Positions 47,506-56,703 of a stretch of DNA of 64,000 bases are shown in pieces. Position numbers and translations under genes: made by a program. The DNA comes from a virus (Duplodnaviria; Caudoviricetes): the IMG/VR virus record IMGVR_UViG_3300027689_000001, positions 1 through 64,000 of that record. The stretch is one strand, 5' to 3'. The notes beneath the pieces were generated by a model. The model ran no database searches. It was given only the letters and a program-made list of their open reading frames with translations, and was not told the origin of the DNA. Each line of letters begins with the position of its first letter. Within the stretch, counting starts at the first letter, position 1.

Positions 47506-47564
47506 TCTCTTCCTTTTTCTTTTCGGAAGAAAAACTAAACTCAAAACAGAATACTTTGAGGATC

Positions 47565-47828
47565 TCAATTTTTAGATTTATCGTCATTGTGATCCTCTTT
47601 TATTTGCAATACGGTACTCACCTTTTGGTTTAATCTTATCAAATCGTTATCGAGCATACGAACTCGATCGATCAACGCAATCAAAATTACATTCGTTTCG
47701 CCAATCAACGGCATTAATTTATCGGTTACGAACTTATAAATGAACCAAACAAAATAACCCATACCGACAGAAGCGACAATAGGAAATCCATACTGCTTTA
47801 CAAGTTCCGCAATGATAGAAGGATCCAT
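47565..47828 (-). CDS. Small membrane protein (YvrJ/holin-like; TM plus coiled coil)
   Basis: KQYGFPIVA TM segment, LIDRVRMLDNDLIRL. Confidence 0.65.
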   Translation of the reverse strand: MDPSIIAELVKQYGFPIVASVGMGYFVWFIYKFVTDKLMPLIGETNVILIALIDRVRMLDNDLIRLNQKVSTVLQIKEDHNDDKSKN

Positions 47829-48115
47829 TAGTCCTTCCTTGCGTCATTCTTCCCGTCGGCTCGTGCGATTCTGTCTAGATCTGGTTTCAGACCGAGAGCG
47901 GAACTTACAACTGCATCAACGCGAATAATATCATGGTTCATGGTCTTCACTCGGTTATCTAACCCCATGATGATACCCTGCATTCCCTTGAGTGCTTTAA
48001 CAACACTTTCAAGAATATAGTTGATGACAAAATATACGAATACACCTGCAAGCAATGCGCCTGCGATCGGGAAACCAACGTCTCCGATTAATTTAAAGAT
48101 AACATCGTAACTCAT
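47828..48115 (-). CDS. Small membrane protein, paralog of 47565..47828
   Basis: GDVGFPIAG TM segment, LDNRVKTMNHDIIRVD; late promoter TATAAATA just upstream. Confidence 0.65.
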   Translation of the reverse strand: MSYDVIFKLIGDVGFPIAGALLAGVFVYFVINYILESVVKALKGMQGIIMGLDNRVKTMNHDIIRVDAVVSSALGLKPDLDRIARADGKNDARKD

Positions 48116-48133
48116 ACGATTATTTATAAGAAG

Positions 48134-49249
48134 TTATCTTATAATGTCAATTTTTTCAATTGAGTCAGCATTCCAAACTTCTAGATCGCGGCGTAATCGA
48201 CCTTCTGCAACCAGATTATCATATCTAGAAGTTGCTTTACGCTTCCACCACGAAATAATATTATCCATATAATGTTTATCAAAGTTTTGTCCAGGAATTA
48301 ACTTATCCTGCTTGCCGAGAATAACTTCCTTGGAATTTTCATACCCGTATGTTGAAATATAGAAACGCTTCTTGGTGGTAATCTCTTTATTTAGTTTAAG
48401 CGCATCGCAGAACACCGAATACTGTTCGGATTCATGCTCCTTCAGTGATTTGCTGATGATGCTGTTCATCTTGTTCTGCATCTTCATCTTATATGATGCA
48501 ACACCCTCACGACCAAACAATGGCGCTCCACTATTTTTCTCGTAGAACCATTCCATGGTCTCGTCCCAGAAATCGTCGGAGAAAGAAAGAACAAAATTGC
48601 TAAGAGTGTCGCCTGTGTAACGGATAAACGGTTTCAATCCATCGTACTGAGATGCTTGCTTGATGCTACCATATAATGAGGTGGTTTCAAATAGACAAGT
48701 GTCCATGTTATACTTCTTGTTAAACATCTCGCGGAACTCATGCGAGGTGCAAAGAAGTGCAAGAAGTTTACCGCCCAGATAATTAAATCCGAACGGTTGA
48801 GCAGGAACAATGATGAACCCCATGACAGCATGTTTGTTGAACGACCGAAGATCGGGAACTTGTCCGAACCATTCATTACGTGGTCGTGAGTTTATGAATG
48901 GACTGGCAACTCGGCAGAATCCTACGTGCTTGCCAGTATTCTTTTCTCGTACGATGAACTTGATTTCCTTACCGAACGAATTCTCATTACAAAAGGAAGA
49001 AGTGATTTCTACCATTGTAGAAAATTCGCTCGGTGAAGGTTCATAGATCTCAAGATCCATGTCTTCAGGGTGCATATTAAAGTCGGAGAACAGATTGTTC
49101 TCAGGTTCAAACCCTGGAAGAGAGTGAGGAAGGGTTTTCAACCGCTCCAGTTTTTTCATGCGCATATGATCGTCAATACGACCATAATTTGACATGTAGT
49201 CAACGAATCGTTTTGCGATGTATTCTGCGTCGTGTTTTTCTAATATCAT
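48134..49249 (-). CDS. DUF4338/Druantia DruA-like protein
   Basis: GFCRVASP, RNEWFG, IVPAQPFGFNYLGGKLLALL, TTSLYG..SQY. Confidence 0.65.
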   Translation of the reverse strand: MILEKHDAEYIAKRFVDYMSNYGRIDDHMRMKKLERLKTLPHSLPGFEPENNLFSDFNMHPEDMDLEIYEPSPSEFSTMVEITSSFCNENSFGKEIKFIVREKNTGKHVGFCRVASPFINSRPRNEWFGQVPDLRSFNKHAVMGFIIVPAQPFGFNYLGGKLLALLCTSHEFREMFNKKYNMDTCLFETTSLYGSIKQASQYDGLKPFIRYTGDTLSNFVLSFSDDFWDETMEWFYEKNSGAPLFGREGVASYKMKMQNKMNSIISKSLKEHESEQYSVFCDALKLNKEITTKKRFYISTYGYENSKEVILGKQDKLIPGQNFDKHYMDNIISWWKRKATSRYDNLVAEGRLRRDLEVWNADSIEKIDIIR

Positions 49250-49792
49250 TTAACCAGTATAAAGCATTTTTTTAATAAAGTCAATGATTTTTTGCTGATC
49301 GTCAAAAGATTCATTAAGAAACTCGGTCATCTCCATCTGAAGAACGAAGTTAGAGCGAATGTTGTTAATTTTACTCTCACGACCCTTCAACCAAGTCTCG
49401 TCTTGATTGCTACCACGTTCTGCATAGCGAACATTCCGAGTTTCCTTAGTGGTTTGTAGATAAACGATACAGGTGTCATACTTATCGACGCATTCTTCTA
49501 GGAATGAACCTGTGCAAAGACGATCGCCTTCGAATAGAACAATGTCATTGGGAGCACGAGATGCGAGAAACTTCACTGCCTCTGGTTGAACTGCCATTGA
49601 CATCTTGTCAGTGCCGCCAAACACTTCGCCTTCTTCATACTTACCTAAAACGTAAATGTTGTCCTTATTATGATAGGGAACCAACTTTACATCAGTCTTC
49701 ACTTCGCGAGAAATGCCAATCTCGTCGAGCAAACGTTTCATAAGGGTTGACTTACCGCTTCCAGGTTCGCCGAAAATTGCAATTACATTCAT
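49250..49792 (-). CDS. P-loop nucleotide kinase of the type found with DNA hypermodification genes
   Basis: GEPGSGKSTL, GGTD, FEGDRL, RYAERGSNQ; overlaps the transferase gene. Confidence 0.75.
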   Translation of the reverse strand: MNVIAIFGEPGSGKSTLMKRLLDEIGISREVKTDVKLVPYHNKDNIYVLGKYEEGEVFGGTDKMSMAVQPEAVKFLASRAPNDIVLFEGDRLCTGSFLEECVDKYDTCIVYLQTTKETRNVRYAERGSNQDETWLKGRESKINNIRSNFVLQMEMTEFLNESFDDQQKIIDFIKKMLYTG

Positions 49793-50811
49793 CCAAATAA
49801 ATCCTCTAATCCAACTGGTTTCTGTTCAACATCAAACATCCAATTCATTCTATCTAGTGTTCTAGACCGAACGTATTCACCACACTTGTCCTTATTAACA
49901 CCATACCGCGAAAGCAATCGAGAGTCAAGGATTTCTTCGCGAGATTGCCATAAAACATTCCACTCAATACCATACCAACCGTCTGCTGCTACTTTATTAA
50001 TCTCGTCTGCTTGACGATCTAGATAAAATCCTAGATATCGCGACGACCTTTCTCGAAAGATTTTCTTGAACGAGCAAAGACAGGTTTCCATAGTAAATGC
50101 GTCGAACTGTGGCGCAAGAGTTGGATAGCGATGACGTAATTCATCCAGAATCGACTGAGACTGATCTTCCAACCACTGATATTCCGCTTGAGTGAGTTTA
50201 CCATTAATCCATTCTTCCTTATCGAGAGCATAACAGAGACCATTGCGGTGTGACTTGCTACCTGAATAGTCATTCAACATTAGACTGGTAGGTTCGATCT
50301 TAATTCCTGCAGTATGCTTTAGATGCTGCATATAGAACCAAGTCGTGTAGCGACCGAACTTATGATAATTGGTATTGATAACCTTCCAAAGATTATCGAA
50401 GTTTTGAGTTTCGTTATCGCCGTAGTGAGATTCTAATACATCACGTTGAAGTTTCTTACCCATAAACTTCTGATACGACTCAAACATAGAAGGCAAATGC
50501 CCTTTATTGTATTTGGTATCTGTTTGATAACGAAGTCTTTTATAGTTTTCGTTATTCCACCATGTAATACGGTCTACAGTCGCAAGTTCGTAGTCTGGGA
50601 ACTCATTCTTGAGCACCCAAGATGTTGGAAGGTAATAGGTGTTACCGTATAACCAGCACAACCAAATACGTTCCTCGTCATTGTGTTCATATCGCTTATT
50701 GAGGTAGTTGGTCTGCCAGACCGAAGGATCACAATCCTTGTGACTAACAGACCAAGCATACCAGCGAATGAATAATTCTCTGTTAGATACTTCGATCCCA
50801 GAAAGACTCAT
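49789..50811 (-). CDS. Amino acid:DNA transferase / aGPT-pyrophosphorylase-like protein (HhH-glycosylase fold)
   Basis: DCDP, WLCWLYGNTY, FGRYTTWFYMQHL, SHRNGL, METCLCSFKK, RYLGFY. Confidence 0.75.
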   Translation of the reverse strand: MSLSGIEVSNRELFIRWYAWSVSHKDCDPSVWQTNYLNKRYEHNDEERIWLCWLYGNTYYLPTSWVLKNEFPDYELATVDRITWWNNENYKRLRYQTDTKYNKGHLPSMFESYQKFMGKKLQRDVLESHYGDNETQNFDNLWKVINTNYHKFGRYTTWFYMQHLKHTAGIKIEPTSLMLNDYSGSKSHRNGLCYALDKEEWINGKLTQAEYQWLEDQSQSILDELRHRYPTLAPQFDAFTMETCLCSFKKIFRERSSRYLGFYLDRQADEINKVAADGWYGIEWNVLWQSREEILDSRLLSRYGVNKDKCGEYVRSRTLDRMNWMFDVEQKPVGLEDLFG

Positions 50812-52321
50812 ATTTCCTCACAATAATATTGCGAGCAGTGCTTGTAGTCATATTAAACAAATGTAACGGAGAATTGGTATCCAACTTAGTACCAGTCACA
50901 TCGAATACAATATCTTCGTCGATGATTTCATCAGAAAGATATTTATCGAAGCAATAGGCAATCCATCCACAATATAGTGCACGGTCGACTTTATTTTTAG
51001 AAGTCTTAGTTGCACCATCAGGAATAATGCGACGCGAAGTCCACATATTATTCACGTGAGGATTAGTAGTACCATGAATGGAATCTGAAGTTTGCAACTC
51101 GTCCATCATAATGAACAGATTGATCATCGAGGGATATTTCAACGTCGAATAAAATCCATTTACATAGGTTTTATTGGATGGTCGAGTAAACGGAAAATAT
51201 CCTGCTTTTAGATAATCCACCAAACGATTGATACCTTCTATAACCTTGTCGCGTTGCTCACCCTTAGTGGTCATGAGATAACGAATTAGCATTCCCATCA
51301 ATGGAGAAGTCAAAGACTTAGGAACATTATCGCGAGAAATAATATTACCAAGAGTAACAAATTCTTCAATGAAGTAATCAAGAACTTCAGTGGTCTTGAT
51401 TGCCTTTTCCTGCATATCATTCGAGTTAAGTCCCGCGAGATTGATGGGGTCATGTTCACCAACAGGAACATACTGATCGACGGCAACAACTGCAATGTCA
51501 TAAACCTTCTCACCCTTTTGAAAAACTGTAGGGAGATTCAAATGGTAATTCTTGTAACGAAGATAACCGCTCAGTTTTTCAGAGAAAGTTTCCGCAGTAT
51601 CGCTGGAGTCAATTGAGTGGTAAAGACGTTCTGCTTCTTCTTTATCATTTACAGGATAGAAAAGAACAGTCCAATTCTCAGGTTTGACATAATCAGGAAA
51701 CTGAAGGTTGTTATTGAAGATATGAGTTCGCGTGTTACCGTCAAGACGTTCAATTTTTCCGTCAGGATAAACCGCAACTTGCATTATACCATGCGTCGCT
51801 AAAGAAACATGCCCAATTGCACGCTTAGTCTTTTCCCAACGCAATGTTTCATTACGCTGGCACCAGACTGCAGCCCACGACTGAGCAATTTCTGCAGGAA
51901 CATCAGTTCGAACAGAAATCTTTTGACTCTTCAATTCAGCAAAGATTTGGGAAAGATCATAATTAATTACATTAGACGTTGATGTTTCAGATCCAATAAG
52001 AGTATCGATGATACCATTATCATACCAAAGTTTAAGAAGTTCGGTCGACTTCTCTGTCAGTTTCGATCCCTTGCGAAGATTATCTTCACGAGAAATCCAT
52101 TGTAAGTTGTCATCGCGACAAATTACCGAAACTGGGATATTGTGCTCGTAACCAAACTTGATCGAAATAGTATGGTCTAAATTTAATTCTTGACCATAAG
52201 ATCCGATCGGAAGAGGAATATTTTTCTTCTTCAAATCAGTAAGTTCGCGAGCTTTTGTTTCATAAGACTTGTAGTCACTGCTGACAGTGTTAATAAAATT
52301 AATCATAAAAAATACTTTCAT
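50783..52321 (-). CDS. Hypothetical protein: HNH-like N-terminus plus ParB/DGQHR-like (DGNTR) domain
   Basis: LDHTISIKFGY..DNLQWISREDNLRKG; CQRNE..ERLDGNTRT; has its own promoter at 52426-52454. Confidence 0.55.
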   Translation of the reverse strand: MKVFFMINFINTVSSDYKSYETKARELTDLKKKNIPLPIGSYGQELNLDHTISIKFGYEHNIPVSVICRDDNLQWISREDNLRKGSKLTEKSTELLKLWYDNGIIDTLIGSETSTSNVINYDLSQIFAELKSQKISVRTDVPAEIAQSWAAVWCQRNETLRWEKTKRAIGHVSLATHGIMQVAVYPDGKIERLDGNTRTHIFNNNLQFPDYVKPENWTVLFYPVNDKEEAERLYHSIDSSDTAETFSEKLSGYLRYKNYHLNLPTVFQKGEKVYDIAVVAVDQYVPVGEHDPINLAGLNSNDMQEKAIKTTEVLDYFIEEFVTLGNIISRDNVPKSLTSPLMGMLIRYLMTTKGEQRDKVIEGINRLVDYLKAGYFPFTRPSNKTYVNGFYSTLKYPSMINLFIMMDELQTSDSIHGTTNPHVNNMWTSRRIIPDGATKTSKNKVDRALYCGWIAYCFDKYLSDEIIDEDIVFDVTGTKLDTNSPLHLFNMTTSTARNIIVRKYESFWDRSI

Positions 52322-52425
52322 TGTAAACTACGAAAGGAATTTGCGTGGTGAACCATTAACGGTTGTGACAAATCAACATTCGGAGTTTTGTTTCATGTAA
52401 TAAGGGACATCCTCATTACAATACC

Positions 52426-52454
52426 ATTATACTAAACTTTACAGGGAAAGTAAA
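52426..52454 (-). promoter_or_regulatory. Promoter TTTACT-N17-TATAAT followed by a hairpin
   Basis: Minus-strand motif; leader hairpin TGTAATGAGG-ATGTC-CCTTATTACA at 52396-52420. Confidence 0.6.
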
Positions 52455-52984
52455 TGGTTTTCTTCAATTTTTACAAATACTTTTACGCATCCACCCTTAC
52501 CTTTTCTATATACTGCTTTATTAATAACAGTATCGTTGATGTCATATAAACCATCGCGGTAGGTTGGACCATTGAGTTTGAACATAGACAGTTGACTGCC
52601 TGACTTCTGCTCACCGAGGAAAGTGAATCCACATTTCTCGTAGAATTGCACTGCATCTGCTTCTGCTGACACTCGGAAGTATGTGGCATTGTATCGATGC
52701 GCTTCAGCAATGGCAAAGTCACATAACGTCCTACCAACACCCTTGCCCCGCGAAGCATAGAATGTATGGAGCAACTGCAGGTTAGCAATGACGGGAGTTC
52801 GCTTAGAGAATGATACGATGATGGCGCCGAGAAGATTATCATCTTCCCAGACGCCCATACAGTTATCCCAGAGTTCTTGCATGTCTGCCTTTGCGACAAA
52901 AGTCTTTGCAAAGGAATCTTGCTTCTGAGTTGTAATATGTTTAGTAAATTCCTCGCGGGTTGTCGAACGCAACCTAGACAACAT
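52439..52984 (-). CDS. GNAT-family acetyltransferase
   Basis: RGKGVGRTL motif A, AVQFYEKCGF; start at MLSRLR (52984) inferred. Confidence 0.85.
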   Translation of the reverse strand: MLSRLRSTTREEFTKHITTQKQDSFAKTFVAKADMQELWDNCMGVWEDDNLLGAIIVSFSKRTPVIANLQLLHTFYASRGKGVGRTLCDFAIAEAHRYNATYFRVSAEADAVQFYEKCGFTFLGEQKSGSQLSMFKLNGPTYRDGLYDINDTVINKAVYRKGKGGCVKVFVKIEENHLLSL

Positions 52985-53858
52985 CGTGGAATTCTCGTTT
53001 CTTTTCACCACGAGACTTATCATACTTGGTTTTAATCCAACCAGCATATTCATTTAGATCCCAGATGAATGGTGGGAACTTGAAATCATTGTTAGCAAGG
53101 ATTTCTTTGACACTCGGTCCATCATTCAATGCTGCATCAATAAATGCAGTTGCAAACTTGAACTGATCTTCCATCTCACGACGATTTACAGTTGAACGGA
53201 AGCAACGGAACTCAATTGTGCCAGTATGCTTCATGCAATACATGTTGATCGCATAACGGAAGGGTCGACCCATCGAAACGCCATCTTTACCTGCTGCATG
53301 CATCTTGATAAACGAATTAAAATCTGTTGCAAGGTTGGCAATATTGTCACACATGTAATCAGGCATCTCACGACCACCGTCGAACTTGAGATATGTTGTA
53401 GCACCCTTTGCCGACTTCATACCACCACCATCGCGGAACTGGTAACATGCTTCGATAGTGTCTTTCTGATTTACCTTGATATATGCAGTGAGACGCTTCA
53501 ATGCATCAATGTCATCTTTCAGTCCTGGAACAAAAACGTGAAGGTGACCATGATTGACACAGGAAGCAGTTGGTTCATTACCAAAATCTTCGAACAGCAG
53601 ATGAATGTCCATGATACGATCAACCTGCTCCTCCCACGTACGAGTAGGTTTGGTATTAATCTCACCACCGAAGGCAGGTTCCTTCCCCAACGGATCACAA
53701 GCGATGTAGCGATAGGGTGCATGAATGTTTACAATATCAGTTTCCGCAAACTCCCATGCACCAAGTTCTTCTGGAATTTCAACGCGACGATCTATGTCAC
53801 CCCACTCAATTTCGTACCCATAAGTGAAGTCTTCAGGATTATATTTCATATTTACCAT
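52974..53858 (-). CDS. Amidoligase (COOH-NH2 ligase, Amidoligase_2-like)
   Basis: TYGYEIEW, GGEINT, NHGHLHV, RYAIN, TIEFRCF. Confidence 0.8.
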   Translation of the reverse strand: MVNMKYNPEDFTYGYEIEWGDIDRRVEIPEELGAWEFAETDIVNIHAPYRYIACDPLGKEPAFGGEINTKPTRTWEEQVDRIMDIHLLFEDFGNEPTASCVNHGHLHVFVPGLKDDIDALKRLTAYIKVNQKDTIEACYQFRDGGGMKSAKGATTYLKFDGGREMPDYMCDNIANLATDFNSFIKMHAAGKDGVSMGRPFRYAINMYCMKHTGTIEFRCFRSTVNRREMEDQFKFATAFIDAALNDGPSVKEILANNDFKFPPFIWDLNEYAGWIKTKYDKSRGEKKREFHDVV

Positions 53859-54534
53859 ATTGCAAGTCCTTATTGTTAGTATTTACCGCTGTTTCAGTAA
53901 TTTCACCATTAGAAACAGTATAAACTATATTCATGTTACAGTCAATAGTTTTTTCTACACCTGCACGATTAAAAATATCATGTGTAGAAGCAACAATTAC
54001 GCCATTTTCAGTTCTATACTGTGTAAGTGGGCGTTTACCGTTGCGGTAGAAGCGAAAAATCTTGTCAGAATGAACTTCACACGCTGAAATTGACGCATCA
54101 GGCCAACGTTCAAGTGGATTTTCACCATTTTCAACGGTTTTTAGCAAAAGTTCGCTGTCATTTCGTGTTTCAGTCGCGTAAGAACTGATTTTTGACCAAT
54201 TTTCGGGCAATTCTTGTGTAATTACACCATTATGAACGATTGCAACCTTGTCAGTGAACAATGGTTGGTTAAATTCTAGGTCTGAAGTGCTATAACGACA
54301 GTGTGCAACCATGTAAAGGTTGCCATCTTCATTCAGCATGCTATACATGTCAATGCCATCAAGGAATTCATCTGCTGGAAGTGGTGCTTTGATGGTAAAG
54401 ATGTGATTTTTACGAACAAACGACACACCTGTTGCGTGCAATCCCCGAATACGAGACTCAGAGATAACACGCTTCAGGAGCATCATGTCTTCAGCACTGG
54501 GATTTCTAAGAAATGCTCCAACAACACCACACAT
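53839..54534 (-). CDS. Class II (Ntn) glutamine amidotransferase
   Basis: N-terminal MCGV, RGLHATG, HCRYST, NQP, VHNGVI, NDSE. Confidence 0.88.
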   Translation of the reverse strand: MCGVVGAFLRNPSAEDMMLLKRVISESRIRGLHATGVSFVRKNHIFTIKAPLPADEFLDGIDMYSMLNEDGNLYMVAHCRYSTSDLEFNQPLFTDKVAIVHNGVITQELPENWSKISSYATETRNDSELLLKTVENGENPLERWPDASISACEVHSDKIFRFYRNGKRPLTQYRTENGVIVASTHDIFNRAGVEKTIDCNMNIVYTVSNGEITETAVNTNNKDLQYGKYEI

Positions 54535-55871
54535 TAGAACAAATCTGCCAATGAAGACTCCACCGTGAACGCTGTAGGGTGATACTTCTCTAAGATTTCA
54601 GTGCCCATCTTGTTCTCGAGATATTCATACCACTCAGGTTCGTCCCACATTCCAGGCGAAACGCCATTCCAGAGTGGGCGATAGAACTTGTGGTTACGAT
54701 CCATTCGACGATCGGTTACAAACTGTTCACGAGTCTGCTCATATTCCCATGGTCCAAGATCTAGCATTGCTTCGCGAAAATAGCAAACCAACGAAATACG
54801 TTCAGCATCTGGAGTATCTAGAACAATCTCAGTATTAGCATGCATAATCTCGTGATTGTTAACCAGCAAAAGATCTCCTGGCCGAACATTCACTGCCATA
54901 CGATATTCTGGGAATACCAGATAACCACCAGTATAGTTACCCTTACCAACTACGAGAAGATTCGACAATCCACTGTCTAGATCGCCAGCATCTCGGTGAC
55001 ACGCAGTGCGGAAAGTCTTGTTAACGGTAATGGTGGTAAACACTGTCTCGGGAACGAGGAAGCGAGGGTCCAACTTGTCTGCCGCTGCTCGCTGATTACC
55101 CCAACGCCATGGTAGGAGTTCCTTAAAACCTCTGTCCAGCGACTGGAGGAACGGGAACGAGAGAGCAAACTTCTCTGGTTCATCGCGAGTGTATGAGGTG
55201 GCGCGACCGAAGGGAATGCGAGGATAACGGTCGAACCATCCAGCAACGCCAGAAAATACTGACTTCGCGTAGTTGGTCTGTGAAACCCACTTAGTGGCAA
55301 TCATCTTCGCTTCTTCTGCGCACTGTTCCTTGGTCTTATTATGAAGACCGTCGACCCACTTGTCAAACCATCCGAAGTATTCGGGATATGTCTTACAGAC
55401 CTGACTGCGCAACCAGACTTGACCACGAGTCTCGTCCTCAGTAGAACGACCTGCGCCTTCATACTTCTTACGAATGGACTCAATGGAAAGGTCATCAATC
55501 AAACGACCGTCTGTATTTAGCAGGAAGTCTAGAACCTCGAGTTCGTAACTGGTAACCCAATCACGTCCACCGCGACCTTCGACACCGAGAAGTTCTCCGC
55601 GAGGTCCAGCAGCGAGTCCACGATTCTGGGATTCTTTTGCTGCCTCGCGGAGACCGATGTATGCTGAATCTCGTTCTTCCTGTGTAAACCAGTTCTTGCG
55701 GAACTTGAACGCAATACGCTGCTCATTCCCAAGACTGGGTGAACCCATGACCGATTCCATGTAGCAATCTGTGTCTTCATTAATAACAATATCATAATGA
55801 CTGTCATCAACATATTGACCAAGCAAATGCTCACAATCGAGTTTAGAATCTGCAACAATAATTCTTACCAT
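54534..55871 (-). CDS. TET/JBP-like Fe(II)/2-oxoglutarate dioxygenase
   Basis: FTTITVNKTFRTACHRDAGD (HxD), GGYLVFPEY, GDLLLVNNHEIMHAN (distal H), RISLVCYFRE (2OG-binding R). Confidence 0.8.
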   Translation of the reverse strand: MVRIIVADSKLDCEHLLGQYVDDSHYDIVINEDTDCYMESVMGSPSLGNEQRIAFKFRKNWFTQEERDSAYIGLREAAKESQNRGLAAGPRGELLGVEGRGGRDWVTSYELEVLDFLLNTDGRLIDDLSIESIRKKYEGAGRSTEDETRGQVWLRSQVCKTYPEYFGWFDKWVDGLHNKTKEQCAEEAKMIATKWVSQTNYAKSVFSGVAGWFDRYPRIPFGRATSYTRDEPEKFALSFPFLQSLDRGFKELLPWRWGNQRAAADKLDPRFLVPETVFTTITVNKTFRTACHRDAGDLDSGLSNLLVVGKGNYTGGYLVFPEYRMAVNVRPGDLLLVNNHEIMHANTEIVLDTPDAERISLVCYFREAMLDLGPWEYEQTREQFVTDRRMDRNHKFYRPLWNGVSPGMWDEPEWYEYLENKMGTEILEKYHPTAFTVESSLADLF

Positions 55872-55911
55872 AATATCTCCAAAACTTTCTTACATTATAT
55901 GTAGGCGACTT

Positions 55912-56400
55912 TTAAACCGCATTGTGTGCAATCCACTTATGATTTAAACCTACTTCGCGACCATATGCTTCGATCTCCCAAGGAGCATCGAAATAGGCAT
56001 CTTCCTTGCCCTTGGGTTTCCAGATCTGTCCCATCCACTTGCTGTAGATTTTAAGTCCACCACGTGCGGCGACCGCATGTCCTGTCGCGAGTTCGTTCTT
56101 GGCATGCTGCTTGACGTGAACCATCTCGTGACCAAGAACCTTGATCATCTCATCGATATCTTGGTTCTTCAGACCGATGGTGAACCATCGTGGGTTCTTC
56201 GTGCCGTCCTCATCGACACACTCGCCCTCAAGGTCAAAGTTTTTCCAAACTTCGATATCTAGTGTTAGGTTACGAACCATCCGAGGATCCATTAGTTGCG
56301 CCGCAAAAAACTCTGCTGCTTCGATTAACTTCGCCTTTTCCTTGCGCTTACCAACCATACCTGTTACTGTGATATCCATAATCAATTCCTTCATAACCAA
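55912..56400 (-). CDS. HExxH zinc metallopeptidase-like protein
   Basis: LGHEMVHVKQ, PWEIEAY. Confidence 0.75.
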   Translation of the reverse strand: MVMKELIMDITVTGMVGKRKEKAKLIEAAEFFAAQLMDPRMVRNLTLDIEVWKNFDLEGECVDEDGTKNPRWFTIGLKNQDIDEMIKVLGHEMVHVKQHAKNELATGHAVAARGGLKIYSKWMGQIWKPKGKEDAYFDAPWEIEAYGREVGLNHKWIAHNAV

Positions 56401-56407
56401 TACAGAC

Positions 56408-56436
56408 AGTATACCCTAAAACGAGGCAGAAGTCAA
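56408..56436 (-). promoter_or_regulatory. Early promoter TTGACT-N17-TATACT
   Basis: Read directly from the sequence. Confidence 0.8.
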
Positions 56437-56642
56437 GCCCCTAAATCATCGAGGAGACGATTAATTATATCTTCGAAGTCATCATCAGGGTGAAGGCGAT
56501 AGTCAATAGAGACGCTTTGATAGAGATCATTGACATACTCAAAGAGTTCGTTGCCATGACTTCCAGAGATACAATCATAGATGTAGTCGAATGCATCAGG
56601 CGCATTGGCGAGACCACGAGCGAGGACTTGTTGTTCAATCAT
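56433..56642 (-). CDS. Hypothetical protein
   Basis: 69-aa acidic ORF with AAGG RBS behind an early promoter. Confidence 0.7.
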   Translation of the reverse strand: MIEQQVLARGLANAPDAFDYIYDCISGSHGNELFEYVNDLYQSVSIDYRLHPDDDFEDIINRLLDDLGA

Positions 56643-56670
56643 TTTATTTTCCTTTTCAAATTATATACAC

Positions 56671-56699
56671 AGTATACCCCAAAATGAAGATAAAGTCAA
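56671..56699 (-). promoter_or_regulatory. Early promoter TTGACT-N17-TATACT
   Basis: Read directly from the sequence. Confidence 0.8.
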
Positions 56700-56703
56700 G
56701 CCC

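Noticed and set aside
48134-49249. Complete Druantia defence system
   Set aside because: Only a DruA-like gene is present; there is no DruE helicase or other dru gene.
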